Notes: a model not told the origin generated them from the sequence alone. Positions 23,304-36,549 are shown, counted from the stretch's first letter. The stretch: 64,000 bases of DNA from Tubiluchus corallicola (GCA_030141605.1 JAQGDQ010000106.1:248001-312000), one strand, 5' to 3'. Program-made: numbers and translations.

Positions 23304-23935
23304 CTGAAAAACAAAATAAATCTTTTATGATCATAAAAAAAACAATTTTCCTTTCGTAACATCTAAATTCCAAAAATAAGTTTTACAACATTTATTTCAA
23401 TTGTCAATAGGTAATATATCAGCACATTTTACAGAAGCAATGAGCTTCTTAAGATTTTAAACTTGTTTTCTCCACTAATATGACTTTGTGTGAAAAAAAA
23501 TTCATATTTATTCAAATTCAAATTTTATATTAATGCATATGAATGTCAACTATTTAGTTCAGTACTACTACAGGATGTCTGTACAAAGCATTGAAAACTT
23601 TGCAGGCTTCGTATAGACAGTGTAAACCTACCCGCATCACACAAGCTCCATTTTGCACAACTGTGATTGAATTCTTGCACAACTGTGCACGCTACTTCGT
23701 TATCACAACTGTTTTAATCTAAGGTAGCAAAAGTCAATTTTGTATAATGCCCGATATTTAAATCCCTTACATTTTTTACTTTTTGCTACTGCTATCTCTT
23801 TTTTTGAGAAAGTATGCTAAACCGTTCACAATTTAAAAAAGTTTGAAGACATGTAGCAGAAAGTTGTACACTTTTTAACAATGACATTTTGATTACCATA
23901 AAATGCAGATGAAAGACCACCTAAACCCAACTCAC

Positions 23936-23986
23936 CTGGTAGTTTTTAAGCGGACCCAAAGCTCGTTAAATTTTTTTGTAGGTTCT
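23936..23986 (-). CDS. TRABD2: TIKI exon 7: 51-nt symmetric microexon repeating the FNxLWVRL motif
   Basis: ctttttgcag|A GAA CCT ACA AAA AAA TTT AAC GAG CTT TGG GTC CGC TTA AAA ACT ACC AG|gtgag, encoding EPTKKFNELWVRLKTT; phase 2-2. Confidence 0.8.
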
Positions 23987-24319
23987 CTGCAAAAAGGGAA
24001 ATATTGAAAATGTTTAGTGAACTAAACTACAAAATATTAATAAAGTTATATAAGTAAATAATTTCATTACTTTTATACAAAGTTTCTAATTCAAAAAAAC
24101 ATCAGTTGATTACATTCTATAGATTTTATCATTTTTGGTGATTGATGATTAAATTCATTATTGGTATAGTTCTGTATTCGCAATTACTTGATGTAAAAGC
24201 AAATTCTTTTATTAACCATGAAATTAGTCACTTCCATCATTAAATTTTGTGCTTTATTTGAAATGTGCTCTTTGCAAAATATGGTCTCAACCCAAAAGAA
24301 TATACTTATATGTACGTAC

Positions 24320-24523
24320 GCTGTGCTCGTCTCCAATCGCACCCATAGGTCGTTAAACTTCCGTTCTTTGGATTTACTGCCTACATTCTCTTTTGCTAGA
24401 GCTCGTGTCACTGGAAGCTCATATTTTTCTTCCAGTGGCTCAACCGGGCCAGAAGGGCGCCGTCCGTTGAACGGATAAGCAGGACGACGGCCACGACGAT
24501 GCTTGCGACTTTTGACACGCTTT
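24320..24523 (-). CDS. TRABD2: TIKI exon 6: basic linker and KFNDLWVRLE motif
   Basis: tttcag|A AAG CGT ... GC|gtacgt; KRVKSRKHRRGRRP...KERKFNDLWVRLETST. An FNDLWVR motif is recalled from vertebrate TIKI proteins. Confidence 0.85.
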
Positions 24524-25821
24524 CTGAAACAGAAAAACACTTGATATTAAAAATGCTGAACTACAACGCATGTTTGATTAGGAAAAGCTGTCATCTGCTT
24601 GTACGTTTTGAACACAAATGAAACCTACATAGTATTAGATAAAATTTTAATAAAATACAAGGTATTATTTGGTTGCATCTGAAGCCTGTTTGCTATATAA
24701 GTTTTCTTCAACACAAAAATTGTGTTTAGGTTGTTGATGTGGGTTAACAGAGTTGTTAGTTGGCTCAATTAGCCCCATTTGGCCAAAATAACAATTGGGA
24801 AAGCTTAAACTTAAAGTGAAAATGAAAAACATGAATGCAAAAACGTATTGAACCTAGAAATTTCCAATTGAAAAAATCGGTTGCTAAATAACTCTAAGGT
24901 GGTTTAGCTTCAAGCTTCGAGGTTAGTAAATGTAGATGCAAAACCTGTAAAGCTGAAAGAATAAGGGAGCAAAAAGAAAGCCCTGGGGTGCACTATACAA
25001 ACTTTTACTTTTACACGGCATTCAAAATCTATGTCTTTGTAAAGCAGAAATTGAAATAACATAACTCTGTATGGCCTGTGTTTTGACTCATTATGTCATG
25101 AAAGCTGTTATTATGTTGTTAAATATTACACAAGCAACAGCTGCTATGCCAGTATGCTCATAGTTTCGTGCTGAGTGAAAAAAGTACATTTCCAGAACTG
25201 GGTTACGATTAACCAACACCCTGCAAAATTGTGACATTATTAAACTTAAACAGCAGCTTACAACATAATAATTAACTCAGTACCACTTATAGCAGAAACG
25301 AAAGTGTTATATAATTGGAGTCATTTATTTTAAAAGCGCTTATATAATCAGTTTGAGATTTAGATTTTTTAAGTCTGAATAACGTACAATACTGATAAAT
25401 ATTTGAATTTTTATTTCACAGTGAAATACTACATTTACGTAAATTATTTTTAACGTGATACAGTACAGTAAAACTAAATTGTAATAAAAACAGCTCAAGT
25501 GACAACTAAGATTAAATGAGCTATTTCACACTTATGCACTGATATCATTGCTTCCATGATCTTTTGAATCATTAAATAAAATCTAGATGTCAAAAAGGCA
25601 CAAAAATAAAAACACTTAATGGAAAGGGAGTACTGACCTATATACAGAAAAAGCCTCAACATAAAGGGATTATGAAACTGAAAATGCATTCGGCTTACTG
25701 GATTTTCCCTATCATTTGGGCACATATTTACTAATAGCTGTTACGGCTGGAATATAAGCCTAATAGTCTGTGGAAAACTGGTATTTTTACAAAGTACAAT
25801 TTTTATAGTAATTCTTTATAC

Positions 25822-25906
25822 ATTTTTTTGCCAGCCGGAGTATGCTCCACTTCGTGTCCAGCTTCCCGCATTATATCTATCACAGTCTGGTTGCCTAAGA
25901 AATGGC
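25822..25906 (-). CDS. TRABD2: TIKI exon 5 ([28 protein letters not shown])
   Basis: ttttag|GC CAT TTC TTA GGC completes the catalytic GAGH motif. The donor AT|gtataa is phase 2, matching exon 6. Confidence 0.92.
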
Positions 25907-28900
25907 CTAAAACAAAAAAAAATTACATTTTAATTAATTTTATTAATTGCCCATTTGAACTTTTAATAACTGTCACTAAAATGTGTTTTTGCAGCTGCCA
26001 CTGTGAAGAGAAAAGCAGTCGTCCAGTACAAAGTTTAAACATCAGATTAAAACTCTGTGCCGAATTCCGTTTCAAACTACACGTATTGGCAATTGAGCAA
26101 GTTTTGAAGTTTGTGTGAAGTACCACCCACTCAGAGCCCCCATCTGGCAAGACCACATCACTTAAAAAACAACATTTTTTCCGTTTGCCTAACAATTACG
26201 TTTATCAGCATCGTCGTCATCATCATCGTCGTAGGCCTACTGATCTTCATGCACTCCATCTTAAAATGGATAACAATACAGATTCAGGAAGTAAAAGTAG
26301 TAGTTTGTTCAATCAGACCCCAATTTGTCCAGAGTAGGAGTAAAGGCTAGTTCCTTTCACAGATAAAAACCGCGCAGAGAGGATGATTTATTTTATTGAA
26401 GAACTACCGTTTACAAAGATGGTAATAAAATAAGCAAAAAGTAATTGTTTTTTAATAAAGTGGAAGTCAAAACGAGATGCGACCACCCACATTAAACAAA
26501 TTAAAAACCAAAAATTAAAACAGATACTTATAAGCTAAAATTAACAAATTTACAAAAATTAGAAAGAAAATGTGGGGCATAAAACGTAGCAAAAACTTAA
26601 AAAAGCATAATATGAATAGAAATTAAAATGAGAACGTATTTCTAAAATTATACCCAAATTTTACACGAAAAAAGGAAGTGGAGCTTAAAAAACTGAATAA
26701 AAGTTAGCAAAAGCTGAAAGTAAAAAATTTTACTTGAACAAAAAAGAAACGATGTTAATCTATGGGCTCTAACCAAAGTAAATGCATGTGCTTTATAACG
26801 ACTTGTGAAATAAAGTTACTTACTCAATGCTGTTTTACAGTAACAACACTTGAAAACGTTCTACTAAGGGGATATGGTCACAAGTACGAAACCGCAAAAG
26901 ACAAATCGACCTTTCTGAAGAGTGTTATTCGTTTCATTTGTTAGGAAATTTTCGTGGATATGTGGCCCACAGATGTGTAAAATCAATCCCAGGCTTTCAC
27001 TTGCAATCTTGCATTCCTCCAACTAATATTTTTACAAAATTCAAGGCACGATACAACAAAGCAGACTCCGTAAAACAAGGGTACGTCCCGTTTGTTGGTT
27101 TTTTTACCGCAAACATATTAGCGCGCTGGGTAGAAAAAGTATGCGATCTGTTTGTCGTGTTAGCATTGTAGTTTATCAACTGTTATCATCTTGCCAAAAT
27201 TATTTTATTTGAATCGTGCGATCTAGAGACTAAAGCGTTGTGTAGAGCTGACAATTATTCTGCCATTTTGTCCATCGCATGCATTCATGCATCGAATTAT
27301 TTTCACGGGAAGCCTGAAAGTTTCCAACTAAGCCTAAACTTGAACTCCAAGCAGTTACACCCATGATTTCAAGTTTCAAACAATCAGCGGTTTCAAATCA
27401 AGGTAGCCCAAAATGGCAAAAATACCGTTTAGCAAAGAGATAGCTGAAGTGGACATTATAAGATTCCTTTTATGAGATTCCAATGATGACCCTATCCCAA
27501 AGATACCAAATCTGTTTACCAACCACAGGGATCTTCACGTACGGCATCCCCATGGCTTTCAACCCCCCACACCGAAAAGTCCTGACAGTTGCTTACAGAT
27601 TAAGACGCTTTGCTCTATGCATAATTGTTTTCTTCGAGTTGGTGTTAATTACCTTTGTATGCAATTTTTTGTGCAAATGAAGCTTATTTTGGTCTACAGG
27701 AATATAGTGTCGAAGTAAACCAACATTAAAAGCCATACAATGCCACCTTATCAATAGCAGTTGAATCTTGAAACTTTCACGTGGGTGAACCTCAACCTAG
27801 TGTTAATCTAACTGATCCTACATTTCCTCGCAGTCCTAATCCTCCCAACAGGGATTCTTCCTTATGTCTCTATGCAAGCTCTCCCCACACGTGTTTCGGA
27901 TTTAATTAGTACCCTCCAGAGTGCGGAGCTACAGGCCTGAAACACCTTACGGCAATCAATTATCAATCATGGGTAATCAATTGGCGAATAAAAGTTTAAT
28001 TTTAGGAAGTTCAAAGAGCTCGGAATAAAAACATTAGGAATAAACGAACGAACTTTTTTATGAAGCGCTATTTTAGCTAAATACATCGCACTGGATAATA
28101 ATGTTTTCCCTCAGGCTGCAAATCGACGGGCAGCGAGCTTACATTTATTTGAAGATTTTAAGTAAATATAAGTTATTCGACAACTAATATAATCACAGAG
28201 GTAATTTTCATAAAAGATTCAATCAACGACAATCACAGGTCAAAGAGTGACGGATTGACTAATATCGCTTTGTTTTTTCCTTTTTATGTAATTATATAGC
28301 CATACAAGCACGGTAGCACCTAACGTCCGTTTTTAATTGCACAAAGAATCGGAGATTGTTGTTGACATTTTGCGACAAATGGCCAAGGCCACAATTGTCA
28401 GACTGAGTGTCAATTTGGGTGGCATCTATCAGAGGTCCGCTCAACTCATTTTTATAAAATTTATCGCGATTTAAGTGCTGCCTTCCATACAACCAATGTC
28501 TTTCAATTTTCTAGTTACGGTAGTAGAATGAATACCTGGCAAAAGGGAAAATAAATAAGTTAATATTCCTGGGCAAAAAATGTCTGCACAATCGTGCGGT
28601 ATAACTGAAAATAACTTCGAAAGAATCTCGATAAAATACAGCTGTAAGAGAGAACGGAATTTGTAAAACCACAAAAAAATAAAAAAATGTATGAAGGAGT
28701 AAATGGAAACAATGATAGACGAAAAAATGAATGAATGGATGAATAAACATTCAAAACATGTATTGTTTACTGTCTAAGATGTATAAGAATAAGGCAGTTT
28801 TAGCATAAATTCAATATTCACAAAACATTATAATTATTCAGTCAGAACAAACGTTTAGATAGCAATCCTATATAAATCGATCATAGATTAATTTCTGTCT

Positions 28901-31219
28901 TTAATCAGATGTTTATCTTTTATCTCTCTGGAAAAACAGACCACCCAGACACGAGCACCTCGTGTCCCGGATATCAAGCTAACTAAGGTTATCTCTCTGC
29001 CATCATCTAACATTCCTCAGTTAATGTGATATCTCATCAAACATCTTACTTCTGTTTATCCTGTGGGAGCTTAGGAATCTTCCCTGCTAATGACGGGAGC
29101 AATCAAAACTTCAAAACATTGCGAGGTAAAGTGGAAAACACTGATGAAGTACATAGGCTGGGCAGAGTTTAACAAGTGACGTCTGTGGTTTAACAAATCA
29201 ATAACCGATTAAATCACGTGTAGGCGGTGAAACGGTCATATCACAGTCCGCACAAATAAGTGAAAATTAGTGCTTTTTTATGTTTTAACTACAAACTCCT
29301 TTCTATGTCTACATCAATATCTGTCAAGTAAAGCCGCGGAATCCCTTGCCAGATACCAATCTGCTGCACAAACCTTATTTCGTTATTTATGCGTTGTTTT
29401 TTGTCCTTTATCATTACGCTCTCATCATAATGTGATGACTGCAGTGTCATCAACAAACTGCTTTGTCAATATAATTACTTACTTAACATTTTATCAGCAA
29501 ATTAGTTTAACAGAATGGATTATAAGTTCATAATTTTGCCAACAAATGAAAATTACTTTGCAAGTTGTTTTATTGAGCGAATATTGCACGGATAAATTAC
29601 TGAGTTTTTATTGGTAGCCATGGCTATATAAAATTTCATTCACTCTTGTATCGAAAATGAAAATGAAACATGAATATGTACTGTTTTAATTTAGAAGACA
29701 ATCGCGTCAATATTAATTTGGCCCACTCATTCATTCACCACAGAATATGTAAAATAATATATTTCTACAGTAGTCATATTAGATACAAAATTAATATGTA
29801 CAACCAAATTGAGCATTAGGTCTAGCAAACCAGTAAGGCTGCTGCAGCGCCTCATCCTGGCATATAGTCAGCTGAATGGAAGGTTGCAAACATCAAAGGA
29901 AAACGGCCTGCTAATGATAATAAACGCAATTCAATGCTAAGAGCGCGAACTATAATTATATTTGCACCAAAATGGGATGAAGTTGGCCTCTAAGCTATTC
30001 AGATAATCCAGTAGCCAGCTAGGGAAAGCCTACCATATAAGTAGAAACTTGTTTATCACTAGTAATTCATCTATTGAGGATAAAAGAAACCTATGTGGAA
30101 CGGTGGTGTAGCGAGTAAAATACTACGTTAAGTCCGTTCAAACATTGTACCATCAACGTTAGGCTTATTCACGTGTGTTAGTAAAAAGAATATTAATGAA
30201 TCATAGTATACATCCATCAACAAAGCCACAAACTCCTATGCACTAGTTTATCAATTAAGGTTCTACATTCACCTCTTTTCATTAAAACTGCTCGAACTTT
30301 GCCACCCAATTCCCTTCCGCTAAAATGGAACTTCCCTGGTTCGATTTTGCCACTACAGGTACGATGTTGCCACTCCAAGCAAACTCACTAACAACTTGTA
30401 GCAGCTTTTCTAACAAATGCAGCGTCGGTCACATAATTAAATTGTTCTTACAAAGATAATGTCAGGCGGCACGCTTTCATCTTACCGCAGAAATTAACCG
30501 AACAGATTGAGTTATAGATAAATTTTCCGCCTCTTCACCTCGCTCAGGCATTTATACAGGCTGATCCACAATCACTGCAAATCTAACAGCAGTATGGACT
30601 TGCCATAATCATTTCTCCTAGTTTAGTAACCGCCCTAAATTCTACCAGACTCTAAGCACTTAACAGAAATGACAGTAGGAAATGAAAGGCCTGATGCATA
30701 TTAGATTAAATACGAAGCCAAACGCTTTGTTATTTGTCAATGTAGCAGTATATCACCAGTCATGCAAGTTATTTGTAAGCGCAGCGTTATCAATGTATTT
30801 TTGTTATTTTCATTGTAAACTCATGTGAACAGAATTGACAGTAATAAATTGTATGTGGAATTGAGTATTATTGTTTTTCTCTAAAACACCACTGTGTGCA
30901 GAGTTGCGGGCAAGTGATGGCACTCAAATAGATCAGGCCAGGCAAGGTTAGCTCAGGTTAGAAACATGTTCAATCAAGGCAGGCCAGGACAAACTGAGTA
31001 AGGTTAAGCATGTAAATCAGTCTGAGCAAAGTCATCATACATTATACAAGGTGAATTACGCCTGGCAACCTTACGTTAGATGAACAGGTCATTAGGTCGT
31101 CGTCAAATGAGACCTCATGAAACTCTAAACTAAAGCAACAGCCTACGAAGATCGCTAATAATACTTAAATGTACTCACTTACGTGAACTTCATCAGACGT
31201 TTACTTGAAGAAAGAACTT

Positions 31220-32180
31220 CAAGATTTCTACAGTTGCAGAGAAAATATCTGCCAAGACCGAGAATATGGACATTAGGAGAAATGAAAAATAGTAGAAAAA
31301 CTAATGCTAGTGATTTTGGGTCACCACATACATTGAAACTTGAAGCCCATACAAAGCTGAAAGCCAGGCGACAGGAAATGTCAACGACTACGGGCCGCCT
31401 AGTTTATAAGGGAAGGGAACGACTGGGTAGAATTGAAATATAAGAGGCCAACTTAGTGGCATACTTTTTGTCAAATTTATCGAGACAGTCTCGTGAAACT
31501 CAAATATCGAAGCCGGAAAACAAAATTTTGCACTATTGTTCGAACTAAATAGGAATGTAAATAGATAAAAAAAGATGTACACTCCACAGAAATTTGAAAT
31601 GTGGCAAAATCGACTGTACTTTCGGGTCATCACACGCGGGAAGAAACCCGCTAATTCTAAGGTTGTCGAAATGGCGTGAAACCTTACTGTCGAAGTTAAG
31701 GGGCCACCCCGTACTTTCAAGGAATACAGGCAACTCGTGAAAAAGTGGCAACTATTTTCGTGACACATTGTACACGCGAGGAGATACATACAGACTTTAA
31801 GGACCATCACAATCAGTGAAACTTTACATTCGAAGTCAGGCGGGAGCTACTTTCGCGCCACCCTGTGTTGCCTGGAATGCAGGAAGCTCAAAAAGAAACC
31901 TGTACAGGAAGCTGAAATGTGTTGGCAGTGTGTCGGGATCAAACACGCCGACAGAAGCGAACATTCATCCCGTGGATGACTCGGCGGTGGTGGATGCAAT
32001 TATCTTTCATATACCACGTGTTCTGCCTACACGCCATACATCTATGTCTTTTTAGGCGACTATTTTTAGTCGGCAAGACCTGAAGATAAACTTTCCTGCT
32101 CATTTCGCACAGCTTGAACCGCAAACAAGATTTCTACAGTTGCAGAGAAAATATCTGCCTCTGCCAAGACCGAGAATATC
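31220..32180. repeat. ~48-bp near-perfect direct repeat (31220-31267 and 32126-32179) bracketing ~860 bp
   Basis: caagatttctacagttgcagagaaaatatctgcc(tctgcc)aagaccgagaatat occurs twice; the second copy has a small internal duplication. Confidence 0.8.
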
Positions 32181-32314
32181 ACTTCTCTCTATATTCTATA
32201 AGTGAATTCGACACGAAAAATGGGACAAGGAACTATAAGTCAGAAAAAACTACGGAAACGATGAAAACCATATTTTATCTGCTTTTTATCTATTTTTTGT
32301 ATTAAGACGAACAC

Positions 32315-32797
32315 CATAATATCAATCAAGGAAACTAAAACGAAAGTAAAAAAACAGAAACACTTGTTTCATGTCTTGAGGTGTTGCTAAGTTAATCTTA
32401 TTTTGTTACTAACACATTTGCTGTGACCTTGACCTTTGATCCTTCTGACCTCAAAAGCTCTTCTGCAGGTTAAAAAATCTTTGTATCAAATTTGTTCGTT
32501 TTGCAATCTTTTTATGTATAATTAGCTTAGCTTAGACATTAGCTTTGTGACTGCACTTTTGACTCTGTGTGAAAACGACCTTTGGTCCTTAATCTCAAAA
32601 GTGCTAGTGTATATTAAAAAATATTCTTTCTCAAATCTGTTTTGCAATTGCTACTTGATCACAAAACCAGTTGTAGCATATGTAAAATGATCCCAATAAG
32701 TTTAATTATATTTTCATCATTTGGTGTGAATAAATAGTGGCACCAGACAAACTGACAAACACTGACAAACAAACGGACAGACAAACTTACAAACAAA

Positions 32798-32839
<42 letters not shown>

Positions 32840-32980
32840 TTTGTTTGTCATTTTGTCTGGTGCCACGTATGTATAGTATATATGAGTTTGTCACAAAATA
32901 AGATTAACTTAGCGGCACTTCAAGACAAGCAACAAGGAGTTTCAAGTGTTTACTCTTGTTTTAGCTTTGATTGATTATAT
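32315..32980. mobile_element. Fold-back structure: two inverted copies (one internally deleted) of a Helitron/HINE-like repeat meeting at an (AT)n tract
   Basis: Outer inverted repeat of ~100 bp (tgtcttgaggtgttgctaagttaatcttattttg vs caaaataagattaacttagcggcacttcaagaca). Inner inverted repeat gtggcaccagacaaa...aaacaaacgc(AT)n gcgtttgtttg...tttgtctggtgccac. Also contains a tgaccttgacctttga motif and a GACAAAC microsatellite. Confidence 0.7.
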
Positions 32981-33199
32981 ATATATAATTCAGTGCCTAA
33001 TTATCAGTGTAGTTATGTAGCCATGTATATAAACATAACCATCTTAACAATAACCATATTATAAACTAGTATGAAATAAATTGCACATAAATATAATAGG
33101 AAACATAGTTATCTGTTTAAAAATGTAAAAACTGCAAAATTGTTGCTCTTCCAGAATTTTGTATTATTATCAGATAAACTAGTTACATTGACAGTTACT

Positions 33200-34283
33200 A
33201 AGTGCATTAACGAATGTAGGTAAAAATGGCAACGGTAAAAATTGGACAGGAAAAAATGACACAAATGGAAAAATGGGCAAAAATTGTACAGGAAAAAATG
33301 ACACAGAAAAAAATGGCACAGGAAAAAATAGCACCATAAATGGCACAAATGAAAAAGTAAGTAAAATGACACAGGAAAAAGGGCACACTTAGCAATTTAT
33401 GTGCTTAGGGTTAGGGTTACAGTGGAGTATAATTATGTTTATATTTTTAGTTATTTTTACCTCTGCCAAGGAAGTTATGCTTCAACACAGTTTGTTTATT
33501 TGTTCATCTGTTTGTTTGGTTGCTTTTTGTCTGTTATGGCAGTAACTCTATTACTCAAAAACTATCTAACAGATTTCCAAAAAACTTTGTAAAGAAAGGT
33601 GGGTATAGAGTGCCAAAATGGGAATCTTTTCGCCGTTTCTTTTTGAGCAAAATTCGTGGAGGTCTTAGAGGGAGTGTTTAGTAATTGTTTTTTATTATCT
33701 CCACCAGGACACACAACTACGAGTTAGTTCCAGGTTCCCTTTCGAGAAAATCTCGCTTGTAAAACTGCATAACACTATCTGTAACTTTTGCTTATGAATG
33801 TGTATAACCCCTATAAGGTGACTTGGCACGTATATGTGTCAGTCTATTACTACCGCCAAAATTAAAGGTAAAAAAGGTAGATAAACACTATGTGGAACAT
33901 CCAAGCATTATTGATTATAAATCCATTTAATGGACAAATATTTTGAGTCTTTTGCTAGAATTAGACGAATAAGATTAGGATTGTTTGGCTTTGGCAGAGA
34001 TCTGCTTCCAACTGAGCACATTCTAGTGTTATTATAGAAATCAACTGCATCGAAATAACATAAGTTATTTCCTACTTTTCCATTTTTCCTGTACTATTTT
34101 TACCTACTTTTCCTTTTGTGTCATTTTTTCCTGTGCCATTTTTATCTGTGCCATTTATTCCTGTGCCATTTTTACGGAGCTATTTTTTCTGATGCCATTT
34201 TTACCTACTTTTCCATTTGTGTCATTTTTTCCTGTGCCATTTTTACCATGCCATTTTTTCCGTGCCCTTTTTACCACGCACTG
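33200..34283. mobile_element. Foldback-type non-autonomous DNA transposon with modular TIRs built from ~15-bp subrepeats
   Basis: Left arm ~33200-33390 is an array of ggaaaaaatggcaca-like units. Right arm ~34065-34283 is the reverse-complement array (tgtgccattttttcc). Internal ttagggttagggtta. Confidence 0.85.
33455..34027 (+). mobile_element. Helentron-associated non-autonomous element (HINE/DINE-1-like) nested in the foldback element
   Basis: Starts ttttacctctgccaagg, followed by a (gttt/gtct)n microsatellite and aaaactat...gatttcc...aaactttg. Has the inverted subterminal ctttggcagag at ~33989 and ends ttctagt; T-rich insertion site. Confidence 0.75.
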
Positions 34284-35050
34284 CAGTAACAATATCAGAG
34301 CAGTAGTTATCATTTAGCCAAATACACAAAAGAAACATAATAATTGAAAACTGTATAGATACTCTCCAGTATTACCAGTTCATATTAATCTTGTTCACAT
34401 ATTTGTTCAGCAATCAAGAGATTATCCTTATTTACTGAGAGATTGCAAAAGGTAACAAAGTAGCAGCTATTTGGAACGGTTTTTCCTTTAATAGGAATAA
34501 ATAAGTTAATGCGTGAATGAATGTAGTAATAGATACTTAGCAACGCAATTTATCCAAATAGTATCATGGAATGACGATAAACATTTTACAATGGTGACAT
34601 TCATTGTAAACATTGGCCACACAGAACTCTGGTTAGAAGAAAATAACTGAACTGGGAGAGGGAAGTACAAAAGATGCGTTAGTTTCCAGATGAACGAGGA
34701 ATGTAATGCAAAACTACTAAGCTAGGTTTTCCAAGTAGCACAAAGTGTCATTCATTTACAAAACACAAAGGTCAACTAAATACAGTCGACATGCATGTGA
34801 TAACCATTTAAGTGTTCTCTACGTCTGTGCATTGGGTTATATGGTTATGTATCAAAACAAAACAGAGAAGCTACAAAAAATGATATAAAGCATGCCAGCC
34901 GTTCTCAACACAAGTTGCAAAAAGTGTGCCAAAAATGGCTTTCCATTTTTCCCAAATCGCTGAAAATATTTAATAACAGGACAAGAGATCGAGTTGTTTC
35001 ACTTGGTGTGAAACTAGCTAAAAATGCTCCTTAGGAAGTGAAATCCTATA

Positions 35051-35627
35051 GAGAGTGTCTCATAAGTCACTATACAATTTACATTTTCTATATTTTTTAG
35101 CAATCAAAGCAAAATGTTTGAAAATTGGTACAGATAAACTAAAACCTTGGCAATTTTTTTAGTCAAGTTAGTCAAAAATTTGGAAAGAATTACTGCAATA
35201 GTAGGATTTGCTATTTTCACTCCCATTTTCAGGGACCTCAAAAGCCAATCCAATGGCACGTCGGGCATCTTGCATTGAAACCCATTAAAGTCTCTTACAA
35301 CCCATGAGATGTGAGAAAGGGTTGTATCTTGTCGAAAAACTGCACTGTTAAATGTGAGAAAATAGTGTGGTCCATATGGTGCTCCGAATTTTCACAGAAC
35401 GTCAGTTGGCGATTGAAGGACCTCGTGCCAGGCTGATTTCGCACATCATTTTTAACATTACTGTCATTGCCATAGCACAGGGCTAAGTCACAGAGTTCCA
35501 GTCAAACAATAAATAAAAAGAATTGCTAAAAGCTCCTTCCGAATTATGTAAGAGCTTATCAAGACTGAAGAAATTTAAAAATGAAATTATAATTCAAAGT
35601 GTATAGTGACACTTTTGAGAAACCCTG
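35051..35627. mobile_element. Tc1/mariner-type MITE or internally deleted element with TA target duplication
   Basis: Left end TA|GAGAGTGTCTCATAAGTCACTATACAATTT matches the reverse complement of the right end TA|CAGGGTTTCTCAAAAGTGTCACTATACACTTT. Confidence 0.75.
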
Positions 35628-35887
35628 TATATCATATAAGTGTGCTAAATTTGTAGCAAGGAACTTTCACACATGGAAGCTGCAAATACAACAACAACAA
35701 AAATGAAACTTCATTATACTTAATGTATTCGTATAATCATGTAGTCACCGCTCCAGTTATTTCTGAATATTGTAGCAATCACAACGATTAATTATACCGT
35801 TATCGTTGCCGCACATGTGAATGCAGCAAAGACTAACACCTCAATGTTAGTACTAATAAGGTGATAGTTTTTACAGCATTTTGTTAC

Positions 35888-36077
35888 CTGCACCAAAGGC
35901 GAAAAAGAAACTCTTGTCTGGGTATCTGCGGAGCAGTTGATCGACTCGGTTGGCCATTCGCCGATTCCGTTCGAAGATCAGCTCCGTCCGGAAGTATTCG
36001 TCGATCATTTGAGCAGTCCGCAAATCCTCTGGAGATAGTGGAGTGGAGTTCATAAGCGCTGTTAACTGGGATGTATC
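35888..36077 (-). CDS. TRABD2: TIKI exon 4
   Basis: ttttacag|DTSQLTALMNSTPLSPEDLRTAQMIDEYFRTELIFERNRRMANRVDQLLRRYPDKSFFFAFGA G|gtaaca; TraB/TIKI RN and FFFAFGAG motifs. Confidence 0.96.
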
Positions 36078-36549
36078 CTGTAAAACATGAAAACATTTAA
36101 ATAATATTAATTGATGATGTCCAGAAGGTGAATTGAAATCCATGTGCCCACAAAACATGATAAGTATTACAAGTTCGCAATTCTGTTATCAAATTGGGAG
36201 AGTGAGCAAAATAAAATGCAGTGTTTTCACACCTTTAATTAGTACAGTACGTTTATCAATTAATTTAACAAAAAGCTTACAAGGTGAGTTCAATGGTATT
36301 TAATTTAGTTTAAAAGTGAGTGATTTGACGAATCCGCGTAATCTTACCAGAGTGATTTAAATAATATGAAATCTGACCAAGCCTAAAATTTACGAATTAT
36401 ACTAACACATGTAAGATTAATAAGCATTTCAGGTTTTATACGAGTAGAATGAACATACTCTGAAGTTGTCAATAATGCCAAGTGATGACACGTAATTACT
36501 ATTAATTCCACCCTAATCTGCATCTTATTAACGTCGTTGTTTATTTTAC

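Noticed and set aside
26190-26260. Asp-rich (GAT/GAC)n stretch on the minus strand within TIKI intron 4 as a possible extra exon
   Set aside because: An in-frame TAG lies just upstream, and exons 4 and 5 already join to form the GAGH motif.
33109-33395. Phe/Cys/His-rich ORFs in three frames
   Set aside because: Products of the 15-bp subrepeat arm of the foldback element.
33405-33420. TTAGGG repeats as an interstitial telomere
   Set aside because: Only ~2.5 units, located inside a transposon spacer.
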